Part shown: piece after piece, positions 17,517 through 25,407 of the stretch
Layout: the number at the start of each line of letters is the position of its first letter
How positions within the stretch are numbered: the stretch's first letter is position 1
From: an uncultured Desulfobacterales bacterium
GTDB taxonomy: Bacteria; Desulfobacterota; DSM-4660; Desulfatiglandales; HGW-15
Assembly: GCA_964647905.1 (NCBI GenBank)
Contig: CAZYJR010000030.1
Coordinates: 5,042 to 37,041 of the forward strand
Reading direction: 5' to 3'
Length of the DNA stretch: 32,000 nucleotides
Made by a program: the position numbers and the translations under genes
The notes under the pieces: model-generated
Told to the model about the DNA's origin: nothing
What the model saw: the letters and a program-made list of their open reading frames with translations, nothing else
Databases searched by the model: none

Positions 17517-17540
17517 ATGGATAAATTTTATGTTATCCAT
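17517..17540. promoter_or_regulatory. Perfect inverted repeat ATGGATAA-N8-TTATCCAT in an AT-rich island between lysR-1 and ppsA-1; candidate LysR-type binding site
   Basis: 8-bp arms are exact reverse complements. The site is about 70 nt upstream of the LysR-1 start and about 260 nt upstream of ppsA-1, and it is the only AT-rich patch in this divergent intergenic region. Confidence 0.4.
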
Positions 17541-17607
17541 AAACGCAGGTTATGGCTGACTCCTGAGGATAAGATCTCTTTCCGGGCATCTGCCCGCCCG
17601 CAAGGCC

Positions 17608-18567
17608 ATGCTCAACTTCAACCAACTGCGCATCTTCTATTTCGCCGCCAAGCACCTCAGCTTCACAGAGGCTGCGCGGCGTCTCTTCATAACCCAGCCT
17701 GCAGTGACCGCTCAGATAAAGCACCTGGAAGAGCACTGCAATCTCAAGCTCTTCAGGAAGAGGGGCCGCAGGGTCTGCCTTACCGAGCCGGGGGAGGCGC
17801 TCTTCGAGTACGTCAAAAGGGTCTTCGAGTACGAGCGGGAGATCGAGGACGCGATCGAGGAGCTGCGGGAGCTCAAGCGCGGGGCCCTCAAGATAGGCAC
17901 CACCAAGACCTACGCCCGGCACTTCATGCCTCTCCTGATCACCGCGTTCCACGAGGCCCATCCCGGGATCCGCATCCACCTGGATGAAGGGAGCTCCCTG
18001 GACATGATCCGAAGTCTTTTGGAGCTCAGGAACGAGGTGGCGGTGATCGCGCAGGCCGGCGGGGACCACCCGGATGTCCTTTTCACGCCCTTCAGTCACG
18101 AGGAGATGGTGGTGATCCTTGCCCCCGGCGACCCCCTGGCTCGCCGCCGGCGCCTTTCCCCTGCCGAGGTCGCAGCCCGGCCTATCATCATGAAGGAGGC
18201 CGGTTCAGGGACCCGAAAGGTGGTTAACGAGCTCTTCGAGAAAGCGGATTTGGCCCCCGAGGTCCTCATGGAGACCAGCAACACGGAGTTCATCAAGCAG
18301 TTGGTGATGCGCGGGGAGGGGGTCTCCATCCTGGTGAGGGAGGCGGTGGCCCAGGAGCTCAGGGAAGGCAAGCTGGCCTCGGCCGCCATAAAGGGCCCCG
18401 AGATTTTCCTGGATGTGAGCATCGCTCACCTGAGGGACCAGCACTTCTCCCCCCCGGCCCGCGCCTTCCTGGACATACTGGCAAGACTCAAGCCCGCAGG
18501 CTCGTCCAATGTGGGCATCGGCGCCCTTATGGCCCGCATCCTCGCAGGCAACCGCCGCACCGCCTGA
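17608..18567 (+). CDS. LysR-family transcriptional regulator (copy 1), divergent from the pps operon
   Basis: 319 aa. N-terminal LysR HTH (LNFNQLRIFYFAAKHLSFTEAARRLFITQPAVTAQIKHLEE) plus a LysR substrate-binding domain. Confidence 0.9.
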   Translation: MLNFNQLRIFYFAAKHLSFTEAARRLFITQPAVTAQIKHLEEHCNLKLFRKRGRRVCLTEPGEALFEYVKRVFEYEREIEDAIEELRELKRGALKIGTTKTYARHFMPLLITAFHEAHPGIRIHLDEGSSLDMIRSLLELRNEVAVIAQAGGDHPDVLFTPFSHEEMVVILAPGDPLARRRRLSPAEVAARPIIMKEAGSGTRKVVNELFEKADLAPEVLMETSNTEFIKQLVMRGEGVSILVREAVAQELREGKLASAAIKGPEIFLDVSIAHLRDQHFSPPARAFLDILARLKPAGSSNVGIGALMARILAGNRRTA

Positions 18568-18587
18568 CGGTCCTCCCGAGAGCATCC

Positions 18588-18713
18588 TCAGGGAGCCAGC
18601 ACTTCGAGCCATTCCTCCTTTTCCAGAAAGGCCAGTTCAGTGGAGCGATGTATGCCGTATTTCTCCCTGAGGTATTTGGGGATGGTGACTTGGCCGCGTT
18701 CGGTTATTCGCAT
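18588..18713 (-). CDS. 41-aa AbrB/SpoVT-type (MazE/VapB-like swapped-hairpin) DNA-binding mini-protein, with no toxin partner
   Basis: Absent from the ORF track (too short). Hand translation: MRITERGQVTIPKYLREKYGIHRSTELAFLEKEEWLEVLAP. The GQVTIPK..R..YGI signature of the SpoVT-AbrB domain is present. A strong AAAGGAGG Shine-Dalgarno lies 6 nt upstream of the ATG. Confidence 0.5.
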   Translation of the reverse strand: MRITERGQVTIPKYLREKYGIHRSTELAFLEKEEWLEVLAP

Positions 18714-18737
18714 GTAGGCCTCCTTTACGCAATTTTT

Positions 18738-18754
18738 GATAAGAATATCTTATC
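18738..18754. promoter_or_regulatory. Perfect palindrome GATAAGA-ATA-TCTTATC about 25 nt upstream of the AbrB-type mini-gene; candidate autoregulatory operator
   Basis: 7-bp arms are exact reverse complements with a 3-nt spacer, located in the low-GC intergenic region. Confidence 0.35.
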
Positions 18755-18886
18755 TTAGGAGTATGACTCAATACATCACAGGGCTTTCTTCAAGTGTGGC
18801 CGGCATGATAAGTTGAGAAAAGCAGAATGACGAGCAACTGTGATCGGCCCGGGTTTAACAGGCCGAGTAGAGAGGAGCCTTTCCGG

Positions 18887-20152
18887 ATGACGCTTGAGGT
18901 CCATAACACCATGAGCAGGAGGCTGGAGCCCTTCGAGAGCCGGGAGCGAGGCGTGGTCAAGCTATTCACCTGCGGGCCTTCGGTTTACAGGCCTCCTCAT
19001 GTGGGCAACCACCGGACGTTCCTTTTTGAAGACATCCTCCAGAGGTACCTGGAGCATCTGGGATACCGGGTGGATCGGGTCATCAACCTGACCGACGTGG
19101 AGGACAAGGCCATAGAAGAGGCCTCCAAGAAAGGGGTGAGCATAGGGGATCTGACCCGGCCTGTGGAGGACCGATTCAGGCGGGAGGCCGGCCTTTTGGG
19201 GCTCGAGCTTCCCGGGTACCTCCCGCGGTCTTCGACCTGCGTCGGCCAAGCGGTTGAGATCATCAAGGCCCTGCTGGAGCGCGGCTGTGCCTACCGGCAC
19301 GGCGGGGACATATTCTTTGATCCCTTGAAGTTCAAGGGGTTCGGGCGACTCTACGGCCTGGACATGAGCAGGTGGCCCAAGAAGAGGCGGCGGTTTCGAA
19401 AGGACACCTATCCGGGCAGGCGGTGGAACCTCGGAGACTTCATATTGTGGCACGGATACCGGCCCAAGAGAGACGGGGCCTTCTACTGGGAGACCGAGCT
19501 GGGCAGGGGGCGCCCGGCCTGGAACATCCAGGACCCGGCCATCATAACCGAGCATCTGGGATGGAGGATAGACGTTCACTGCGGCGGGGTGGACAACCTA
19601 TACCGTCACCATGACTACACAATAGCCGTGGTCGAGGCCCTGAGCGGGGAGACCCTGGCCCCTTACTGGCTCCATGGCGAGCACGTGCTGGTGGAGGGGG
19701 CCAAGATGTCCAAGAGCAAGGGGAACATAGTGTACTTGGAGGATGTGCTGGAGCGGGGCTTTGAGGCCGAGCATATCCGGTTCCACCTGATCTGCCGGCA
19801 TTACCGGGAAAAGCTGAATCTGACCTGGGAGCGGGTGGAGGCATCGGCCCGAAAGCTCGATCGCTTCAGGGAAACGGTAAAGGCCTTGGGAATAGGGCCC
19901 CTGGGCCCCGGCTCGGTCGAGGAGGACTCTTCGGGCGAAGCGGACCCGGAGCTTGTCTCCCGATTCGAGCAAAGGATGGACCGCGACCTGGATGTGGCAG
20001 GGGCCTGGGATGCGGTGGAGCAGAGGCTCGGGGAGCTTCTGGCGGCCAAAAGAGACGGCCACCTGAATCCGCCCGAGCTGGAATCGGTGAGGAGGGCCCT
20101 GGCACGCATCGACCGGGTCCTCGGCGTCATTCATCCATTGCCGCCGCCTTGA
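18887..20152 (+). CDS. Class-I aminoacyl-tRNA-synthetase-like protein, cysteinyl-tRNA synthetase paralogue (divergent, shortened)
   Basis: 422 aa from MTLEVHNT (GAGAGGAG Shine-Dalgarno upstream; the track ORF starts at 18827). It is collinear with CysRS: LFTCGPSVYRPPHVGNHRT (HIGH region), GRPAWNIQD, VHCGGVDNLYRHHDYT, and KMSKSKGN (KMSKS). See findings for the altered residues. Confidence 0.75.
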   Translation: MTLEVHNTMSRRLEPFESRERGVVKLFTCGPSVYRPPHVGNHRTFLFEDILQRYLEHLGYRVDRVINLTDVEDKAIEEASKKGVSIGDLTRPVEDRFRREAGLLGLELPGYLPRSSTCVGQAVEIIKALLERGCAYRHGGDIFFDPLKFKGFGRLYGLDMSRWPKKRRRFRKDTYPGRRWNLGDFILWHGYRPKRDGAFYWETELGRGRPAWNIQDPAIITEHLGWRIDVHCGGVDNLYRHHDYTIAVVEALSGETLAPYWLHGEHVLVEGAKMSKSKGNIVYLEDVLERGFEAEHIRFHLICRHYREKLNLTWERVEASARKLDRFRETVKALGIGPLGPGSVEEDSSGEADPELVSRFEQRMDRDLDVAGAWDAVEQRLGELLAAKRDGHLNPPELESVRRALARIDRVLGVIHPLPPP

Positions 20153-21212
20153 TCGCCTCCCGCAGGGCCTTCTGATCCAGGGGAGGCGGCTGTGCGCCGG
20201 GTCTTGCCTCAAGCTCTATGGCCCCCTCCGGGCAGCCGGTCGAGCAGACACCGCATCCTATGCAGCGGTCGAGATCCGATTCAGGAGGCCCGCCGTTCAT
20301 CTCGAGAAGGGCGCCGGCCGGGCACCGCTCCACGCAGGTTCCGCACCCGGTGCAGAGATCCCGGTCCCAGACCGGGATGAACCCCGAGTTCATGGCCAAG
20401 CCGGGCTTGGAATCGGCGAGGGCGGTCTTCAGGAGCACACAGTGGCAGGGACAGCAGTTGCAAAGGAAGTCGATCTTCTGCCTGTTCAGCGTGGCATGGA
20501 CCAGCCCGGCCTCTTCGGCGCGTCTGACTATGTCCTTGGCTTCTTCCTTACCGACCCGGCGTCCCATGCCTCGGTCTATTACGAACTGCGCGCCCGCTCC
20601 CAGTTGGAGGCATACCTCGTCCGGGTTGCCGCAATGGTCGCTCTCGTCCAGCAGCCGGGCCTGGTGCCTGCAGTAGCAGGTGGCCACGGCCAGGGGGTCG
20701 CACTCCTCGATATATGAAATGACCTGGTCATAGGTGTGGATGGTGCTGCCCGCCTGGATCTTCCTGCCGACAGGTATGACCCTGGAGGTGGGAAATTTTT
20801 CTCTCGGCGGTCCGGTGCGGGCGTCAAAGGCTTCTTTGTACTCCTTGACCAGTTTGGCGATCCTCCGGTCCCTGTCAGTGGCCGTACCCCGCATGAACTG
20901 ATACTCGAATATCCCGGGGATCAGGGGCAGGGTGGCGTAAAGGGTCTCTCCTTCCTTTGCAATGGAAAAGCAGAGCCCCTTTTCAGCCATGCCCTCCAGC
21001 AAGACCCGGACCTCGCTCTCCTCCCTTCCTGTCTCCTCGGCTATTCGTGCCGCAGTATTGAGCCCCCTGGGCATATTATTGAAGACATCGGCCTCGTCCA
21101 GGGTGAAGAGCTCCTCTGCCAGCGCGTAGAACTCCGGTATGTCCATGCCCCTGTACCTGCCGCCTCTTTGGGCCAGCGTCTCGCAGAGCCGTTTGTAGAC
21201 TTCTCGAGCCAT
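20127..21212 (-). CDS. Cys-rich 4Fe-4S dicluster domain protein with an N-terminal winged-helix-like region
   Basis: 361 aa. Two ferredoxin motifs (CTGCGTCVERCP, CIGCGVCSTGCP) plus extra Cys clusters (CYCRHQ...HCGNPDEVC, LCNCCPCHC). Its start is 3 nt after the UPF0261-2 stop. Confidence 0.8.
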   Translation of the reverse strand: MAREVYKRLCETLAQRGGRYRGMDIPEFYALAEELFTLDEADVFNNMPRGLNTAARIAEETGREESEVRVLLEGMAEKGLCFSIAKEGETLYATLPLIPGIFEYQFMRGTATDRDRRIAKLVKEYKEAFDARTGPPREKFPTSRVIPVGRKIQAGSTIHTYDQVISYIEECDPLAVATCYCRHQARLLDESDHCGNPDEVCLQLGAGAQFVIDRGMGRRVGKEEAKDIVRRAEEAGLVHATLNRQKIDFLCNCCPCHCVLLKTALADSKPGLAMNSGFIPVWDRDLCTGCGTCVERCPAGALLEMNGGPPESDLDRCIGCGVCSTGCPEGAIELEARPGAQPPPLDQKALREAIKAAAMDE

Positions 21213-21215
21213 TTC

Positions 21216-22430
21216 CTATCCTCCTTTCCGGGTGCCCAGCATCTCGTCCATGAGCCGGGCGGCGAGATCGGCGAAGGTCGGGTCGTTTATATGGGACTCG
21301 GTCTCGGTTAGGGGTATACCGGGGTCGAGATCCCTCTTGAGCCTTTCCACAAGGGCCTCGCTTACCCCCGGGTCATGGAGCGGCCCGTCCGGTCCGTCCG
21401 CCTCAGACCAGCCGCCCAGGGGTATCAGGACCCGCACTTCGCCGGGCCGGCGGTTGAGCTTTTCCACCAGTTGTCCGGCGATATTCAGTGTCTCGTCCGT
21501 GCTCAGGCGCACGGCCGAGCGGAAGTCGTAGAAGAAGACCGGGCGTTCCTTGTACTCGGCCGGCACCGTCTCCCGGGTGAATTCCAGGACTGCGCAGTCC
21601 AGGCCTCCCGGGACCACCAGGCGGGGCACCGACCGGCCCGGCACAGGTTCCAGCCTCTCCGGGCCGATTCCACGGCAGTACCCGCCCTTGAGCTCGTCGG
21701 CCAGCTCGTGCGTAGCAAGGTCCAGGATGCCCTGGAACCTCCCCTCGGCGGCCAGCTCCTCCATTGCCATGCCGCCGGTGCCGTTGGCGTGAAACGCGAT
21801 CACCTCGTATCCCATGGCCTCCAGTCGCGCCTTGACCGCCTCGGCTGCGGTTGTTATGAACCCGAACATGGTGAGCGCCACCCTGGGCCTATCGGCCCCC
21901 GGTTTCCACTCGGCCCCGGCCATGCCGCAGACCGCTCCGGCCGCCTGGTCCAATATCGGGCCCAGGAGGCTGTTGACACCGAGTATGTCCGCTACACTGT
22001 GCATCATGGTGACGTCCCTGGTCCCTACGACCGCTGACATGTCCCTGCTGGCCACGGTGGAGACCAGGACCTTGGGGACGCCCACGGGCAGCGCCTTCAT
22101 GATGCCGGCGGCAAGATTGGTCCCGGTGCCCCCGCCGGCCGAGATCATGCCCTGGATTAGTCCGCGCCGGTAGAGGTCCAGGACCAGGTTGCGACCTGCA
22201 TCCATCACCGCCGTAAGGGCCTGATCGCGGCCCCTGCCGCCCTGCGGCAGGGAAAGCACCACGCCGGTGTATAGATCATGGTCCGGCGGGAAGGGCGAAG
22301 GCCCCTTGGTGCCCGCGTGTATTGTGATCGTACGGAAACCGCGGGTCCGGATCCGCTCCTTGAGGAACGAGTGCTCCTCGCCCTTGGAGTCAAAGGTCCC
22401 GAGAACGGCAATGGTCTTTTCCTTTTCCAT
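21216..22430 (-). CDS. UPF0261 family protein (Tm-1-like ATP-binding domain), copy 2
   Basis: 404 aa from MEKEKTIAVLGTFDSKGEE (AGGAGGAG Shine-Dalgarno; the track ORF extends to 22520). Same family pattern as copy 1: SAGGGTGTNLAAGIMKALPVGVPKVLVSTVAS...TMFGFITT...EVRVLIPLGGWSEADGPDGPLHDP. Confidence 0.7.
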   Translation of the reverse strand: MEKEKTIAVLGTFDSKGEEHSFLKERIRTRGFRTITIHAGTKGPSPFPPDHDLYTGVVLSLPQGGRGRDQALTAVMDAGRNLVLDLYRRGLIQGMISAGGGTGTNLAAGIMKALPVGVPKVLVSTVASRDMSAVVGTRDVTMMHSVADILGVNSLLGPILDQAAGAVCGMAGAEWKPGADRPRVALTMFGFITTAAEAVKARLEAMGYEVIAFHANGTGGMAMEELAAEGRFQGILDLATHELADELKGGYCRGIGPERLEPVPGRSVPRLVVPGGLDCAVLEFTRETVPAEYKERPVFFYDFRSAVRLSTDETLNIAGQLVEKLNRRPGEVRVLIPLGGWSEADGPDGPLHDPGVSEALVERLKRDLDPGIPLTETESHINDPTFADLAARLMDEMLGTRKGG

Positions 22431-22565
22431 TCGCTCCTCCTGTGTTCGGTAAACATAGGGCAAGGACGGTTGGACGGTCAAAAGAATTCTGGAAGGCGCC
22501 TGGGCGCCCCTTGACATCACTGCGGGACCGAGCTAGCTCATGATAATGCCTGAAGGAGGTATGAG

Positions 22566-23006
22566 GTGGATTCACCGGGGATACCCGTTACCGACCGCAT
22601 AGTGATCCCGGAGAATGAAATCGAGGAGCACTTTGTGAGGGCGTCAGGCCCTGGCGGTCAGAACGTCAACCGGGTGGCCACGGCCGTCCAGCTTAGGTTC
22701 GACGCCGCCCGCTCCCCCTCTCTGCCGGATGACGTGCGCCGGAGACTGATGCGCCTGGCGGGGCGGAGGCTCACCAAGGACGGCATTGTAGTGATAGACG
22801 CTCGCAGGCACAGGACACAGGAGCAGAACAGGAAGGACGCCCTGGATCGCCTAGTGGCCCTGATTCGCAAGGCCTCGGAGCCGCCCCGCCCCAGGAAGCC
22901 GACCAAGCCCACACGGGCCTCCCGCAAGCGCCGCCTGGCCGGCAAGACCAAGAGAGGGAGGCTCAAGCGCCTGAGGGCGCCTGTTGAGGGGCCGGACGAC
23001 GCCTGA
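22566..23006 (+). CDS. arfB: Alternative ribosome-rescue factor ArfB (YaeJ), GGQ-type peptidyl-tRNA hydrolase
   Basis: 146 aa, GTG start with a GAAGGAGG Shine-Dalgarno. It has the RF-1 domain with SGPGGQNVNRVATAV and a strongly basic C-terminal tail (RPRKPTKPTRASRKRRLAGKTKRGRLKR). Confidence 0.85.
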   Translation: MDSPGIPVTDRIVIPENEIEEHFVRASGPGGQNVNRVATAVQLRFDAARSPSLPDDVRRRLMRLAGRRLTKDGIVVIDARRHRTQEQNRKDALDRLVALIRKASEPPRPRKPTKPTRASRKRRLAGKTKRGRLKRLRAPVEGPDDA

Positions 23007-23060
23007 CAAAGGCTCTTGTTTCCGGTACCTCAATGACGGCGATTGAGGGTGAGTAGACGC

Positions 23061-23069
23061 CCCGGAATC
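23061..23069. repeat. Left copy of the 9-bp direct repeat CCCGGAATC flanking the toxin-antitoxin islet
   Basis: The exact 9-mer is also present at 24224-24232. Both copies lie in the intergenic DNA bounding the low-GC islet. Confidence 0.25.
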
Positions 23070-23090
23070 GGGAGAGATCATGTTGCCGCG

Positions 23091-23807
23091 CTAGGCCGTC
23101 AGGCTGTTTGCTCGGCCTGAGAAAATATCTTCCGCCATTAGGCTCAAGTCGGCGAAAAAGAGTTCATCATCGGGCTTCGGCTCGATCCACTTGATGGCTG
23201 AGAGTTCCTGCCTTGGAAAGGATTTCAAAAGGTCGTAAAGAACGACCGGATCAAGCCCCGCCTCCTTGGACGAGGCCTCACGGAGAATAGCGGCCCAGTT
23301 GAATCTTTTTGTTTTTGCCAATGCCCATAAGTCAATGACATCCTTAGGTTCTATTCGATATAAGGCAGAGAGCTTATTGGACAAGATATTTCGCCAACTG
23401 TCAATTCGCCCGAGAATGTCATTCCACTCAATATCTCCATAGTGAGGAGCGATGTCATTAACCAGATCAATCCTGAGAACAATATTTCCATGTTCAGGGG
23501 AGTCCTGCTCAACAAAGAGCTGGACATAATCCTCGTACCTCATAATCCTGTCGGTAAGCAAGGTAAACGGCTCGTGTCTGCTCTCTTTTTCCAACTCCTC
23601 ATACAATCGCTCAGACCATTTGGGAAACTCAGGGTCACTATTCACAAAAAGATCAAGGTCATCCGAATAGCGGACAGGGTTATAATGTCTGCTTATTGCG
23701 GTACCACCGGTTAGATAAAAGGGAGCGCTGATACGTTTCACGATGGAGAGGATTCCATCCTGAAAGGGATAAAGGCTCTCCTCGTAATATCCGCCGTATT
23801 CGCTCAT
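23091..23807 (-). CDS. Nucleotidyltransferase AbiEii/AbiGii-family toxin (type IV toxin-antitoxin, DUF1814-like)
   Basis: 238 aa. NTase motif FYLTGGTAISRHY...RYSDDLDLFV, with size and layout of the short AbiEii family. Confidence 0.75.
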   Translation of the reverse strand: MSEYGGYYEESLYPFQDGILSIVKRISAPFYLTGGTAISRHYNPVRYSDDLDLFVNSDPEFPKWSERLYEELEKESRHEPFTLLTDRIMRYEDYVQLFVEQDSPEHGNIVLRIDLVNDIAPHYGDIEWNDILGRIDSWRNILSNKLSALYRIEPKDVIDLWALAKTKRFNWAAILREASSKEAGLDPVVLYDLLKSFPRQELSAIKWIEPKPDDELFFADLSLMAEDIFSGRANSLTA

Positions 23808-24066
23808 AACGCTTTCTTTGCCCCGGGAAACGAAGCTTTGCGATTCTTTCCGGAGTAAGGAGCCTTGTAACCCTCTCCTTACCCATGAGTTCCAGGATAT
23901 CGTGCCAAGGGAGCCTTTCCAAGGCTCTTATGAAAGTCCTCTCTTGATCAAACGGGCCTTCTTTTTCACGCTCTCCGAGCAGGACCTCGAGCAGCCTGTC
24001 CTCCCGGACATTATAGTCCCAACATAGGGATTGTAGGATTCTGCGTTTGCGGTCGGGGGTGATCAT
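23680..24066 (-). CDS. Small upstream ORF, putative cognate antitoxin or regulator of the AbiEii-like toxin (family not recognised)
   Basis: 128-aa ORF immediately upstream on the same strand, with the same low-GC composition. Its last 128 nt overlap the toxin ORF in another frame, so its 3' end is uncertain. Confidence 0.45.
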   Translation of the reverse strand: MITPDRKRRILQSLCWDYNVREDRLLEVLLGEREKEGPFDQERTFIRALERLPWHDILELMGKERVTRLLTPERIAKLRFPGQRKRYERIRRILRGEPLSLSGWNPLHRETYQRSLLSNRWYRNKQTL

Positions 24067-24223
24067 ACGGAAACGAACTCATGAGCTTCTCTGGCCTTCT
24101 CGACCATAGCGACTCTTTACTTCCGGGGTTCCAACTTGGAGTCAAAACAGTACGCAGCACAAGACCCGAAGTCAAGAAAACACGAGCACAATTGAAAGGC
24201 GGCGGGCTTTGCTTTACATGCCG

Positions 24224-24232
24224 CCCGGAATC
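24224..24232. repeat. Right copy of the 9-bp direct repeat CCCGGAATC flanking the toxin-antitoxin islet
   Basis: Exact match to 23061-23069. Confidence 0.25.
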
Positions 24233-24280
24233 ATACTAGAGTTTATGACATTAGGGAAATCGGGTTAGGGGTCCATTTCA

Positions 24281-25219
24281 ATGCTCAACCTGAACCAGCT
24301 AAGGGCCTTTTATGAGACCGCCAAGGGCGGGAGCTTCAGCCAGGCCGCGGGCAAGCTCTGCGTGAGCCAGCCGGCTGTGAACACCCAAGTTCGGCTCTTC
24401 GAGCGCGAGTGCGGCCTGAAGCTCTTCGTCAAGAAGGGGAGACTGCTCCACCTGACCGACGAGGGCAGGGCCCTTTGCGAGTTGGCCGCGGATCTCTTCG
24501 AGCAGGAGCGCAGGATAGAAGAGCTGGTGGATCAAATGAAGGGCCTCCGCACCGGGGCCCTGCGCATAGGGACGGCCAGGACCTATGCCAGACACTTCAT
24601 GCCCTATCTCATAAGGGGCTTTCACAAGGTCTACCCGGGCATACGCATCAATCTGGAGGAAGGCAGCTCCCAGGAGATGCTCCGGTCCTTGACGGAGCTG
24701 AAGAATAACCTGGCCGTGGTGGCCTGGGTCGAGGGTTATTCAGGGGTTCGGTTCCTGCCCTTCTGCAGGGAGGAGGTGCTCCTGGTTCTATCGCCCGGCC
24801 ACCCCCTGGCGGGCAAGGGCCGGGTCAGTGCGGAGGACCTTCAGAGGGAGCCTGTGATCATGAAGGAGCGCGGTTCAGGAACCAGGGGGCTGGTCGACCG
24901 CCTGTTCCAATCCCTGGGGACATCTCCCAACATACTAATGGAGAGCAGTGACGCGGAGATGATGAAGCTCTTGGTCCAACACGGCGAGGGCATGGCATTC
25001 CTGGTCAGGGAGGCGGTCTCCAGGGAGCTCGAGGCAGGGGGCCTCGTTTCCCTTCCCTACGAAGGCGGCCCGCTGGAGCTGGAGGTCTGCATTGCCCACC
25101 CAACGGATACCGAGCCATCACCCGCAGCCACGGCCTTTCTCGGCATGCTCGGCCGCGCGTGCGGCCAGTACAAGGCGCCGGGTCCGCTTGCCGGGGTCAA
25201 GGAGGGGCTTCCCGCATAG
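24281..25219 (+). CDS. LysR-family transcriptional regulator (copy 2), paralogue of copy 1
   Basis: 312 aa, collinear with LysR-1 along its whole length (LNLNQLRAFYETAKGGSFSQAAGKLCVSQPAVNTQV...GTARTYARHFMPYLI...YPGIRINLEEGSS...). Confidence 0.9.
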   Translation: MLNLNQLRAFYETAKGGSFSQAAGKLCVSQPAVNTQVRLFERECGLKLFVKKGRLLHLTDEGRALCELAADLFEQERRIEELVDQMKGLRTGALRIGTARTYARHFMPYLIRGFHKVYPGIRINLEEGSSQEMLRSLTELKNNLAVVAWVEGYSGVRFLPFCREEVLLVLSPGHPLAGKGRVSAEDLQREPVIMKERGSGTRGLVDRLFQSLGTSPNILMESSDAEMMKLLVQHGEGMAFLVREAVSRELEAGGLVSLPYEGGPLELEVCIAHPTDTEPSPAATAFLGMLGRACGQYKAPGPLAGVKEGLPA

Positions 25220-25407
25220 CGGGAAAGCCCCTTGGAGACTATTGCCTTTCGGGCCCGGGCTCCTTCAGGGGCCAGAAGTCGAAGCAGCCGGTGTAAATGG
25301 CTATGACCGGGAAGGTGAAGCTCAAGAGGGCCGTTGCCAGCCAGAGTTCGTGTTCATACCCGGGCGGTCCGCCGGGAAGGCCTGCATCTCCTTTCCCCGG
25401 GGCCTTT

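Noticed and set aside
22431-22565. TTGACA … TGATAAT as a sigma-70 promoter for arfB
   Set aside because: The spacing between the hexamers is about 25 nt, far from the 16-18 nt optimum.
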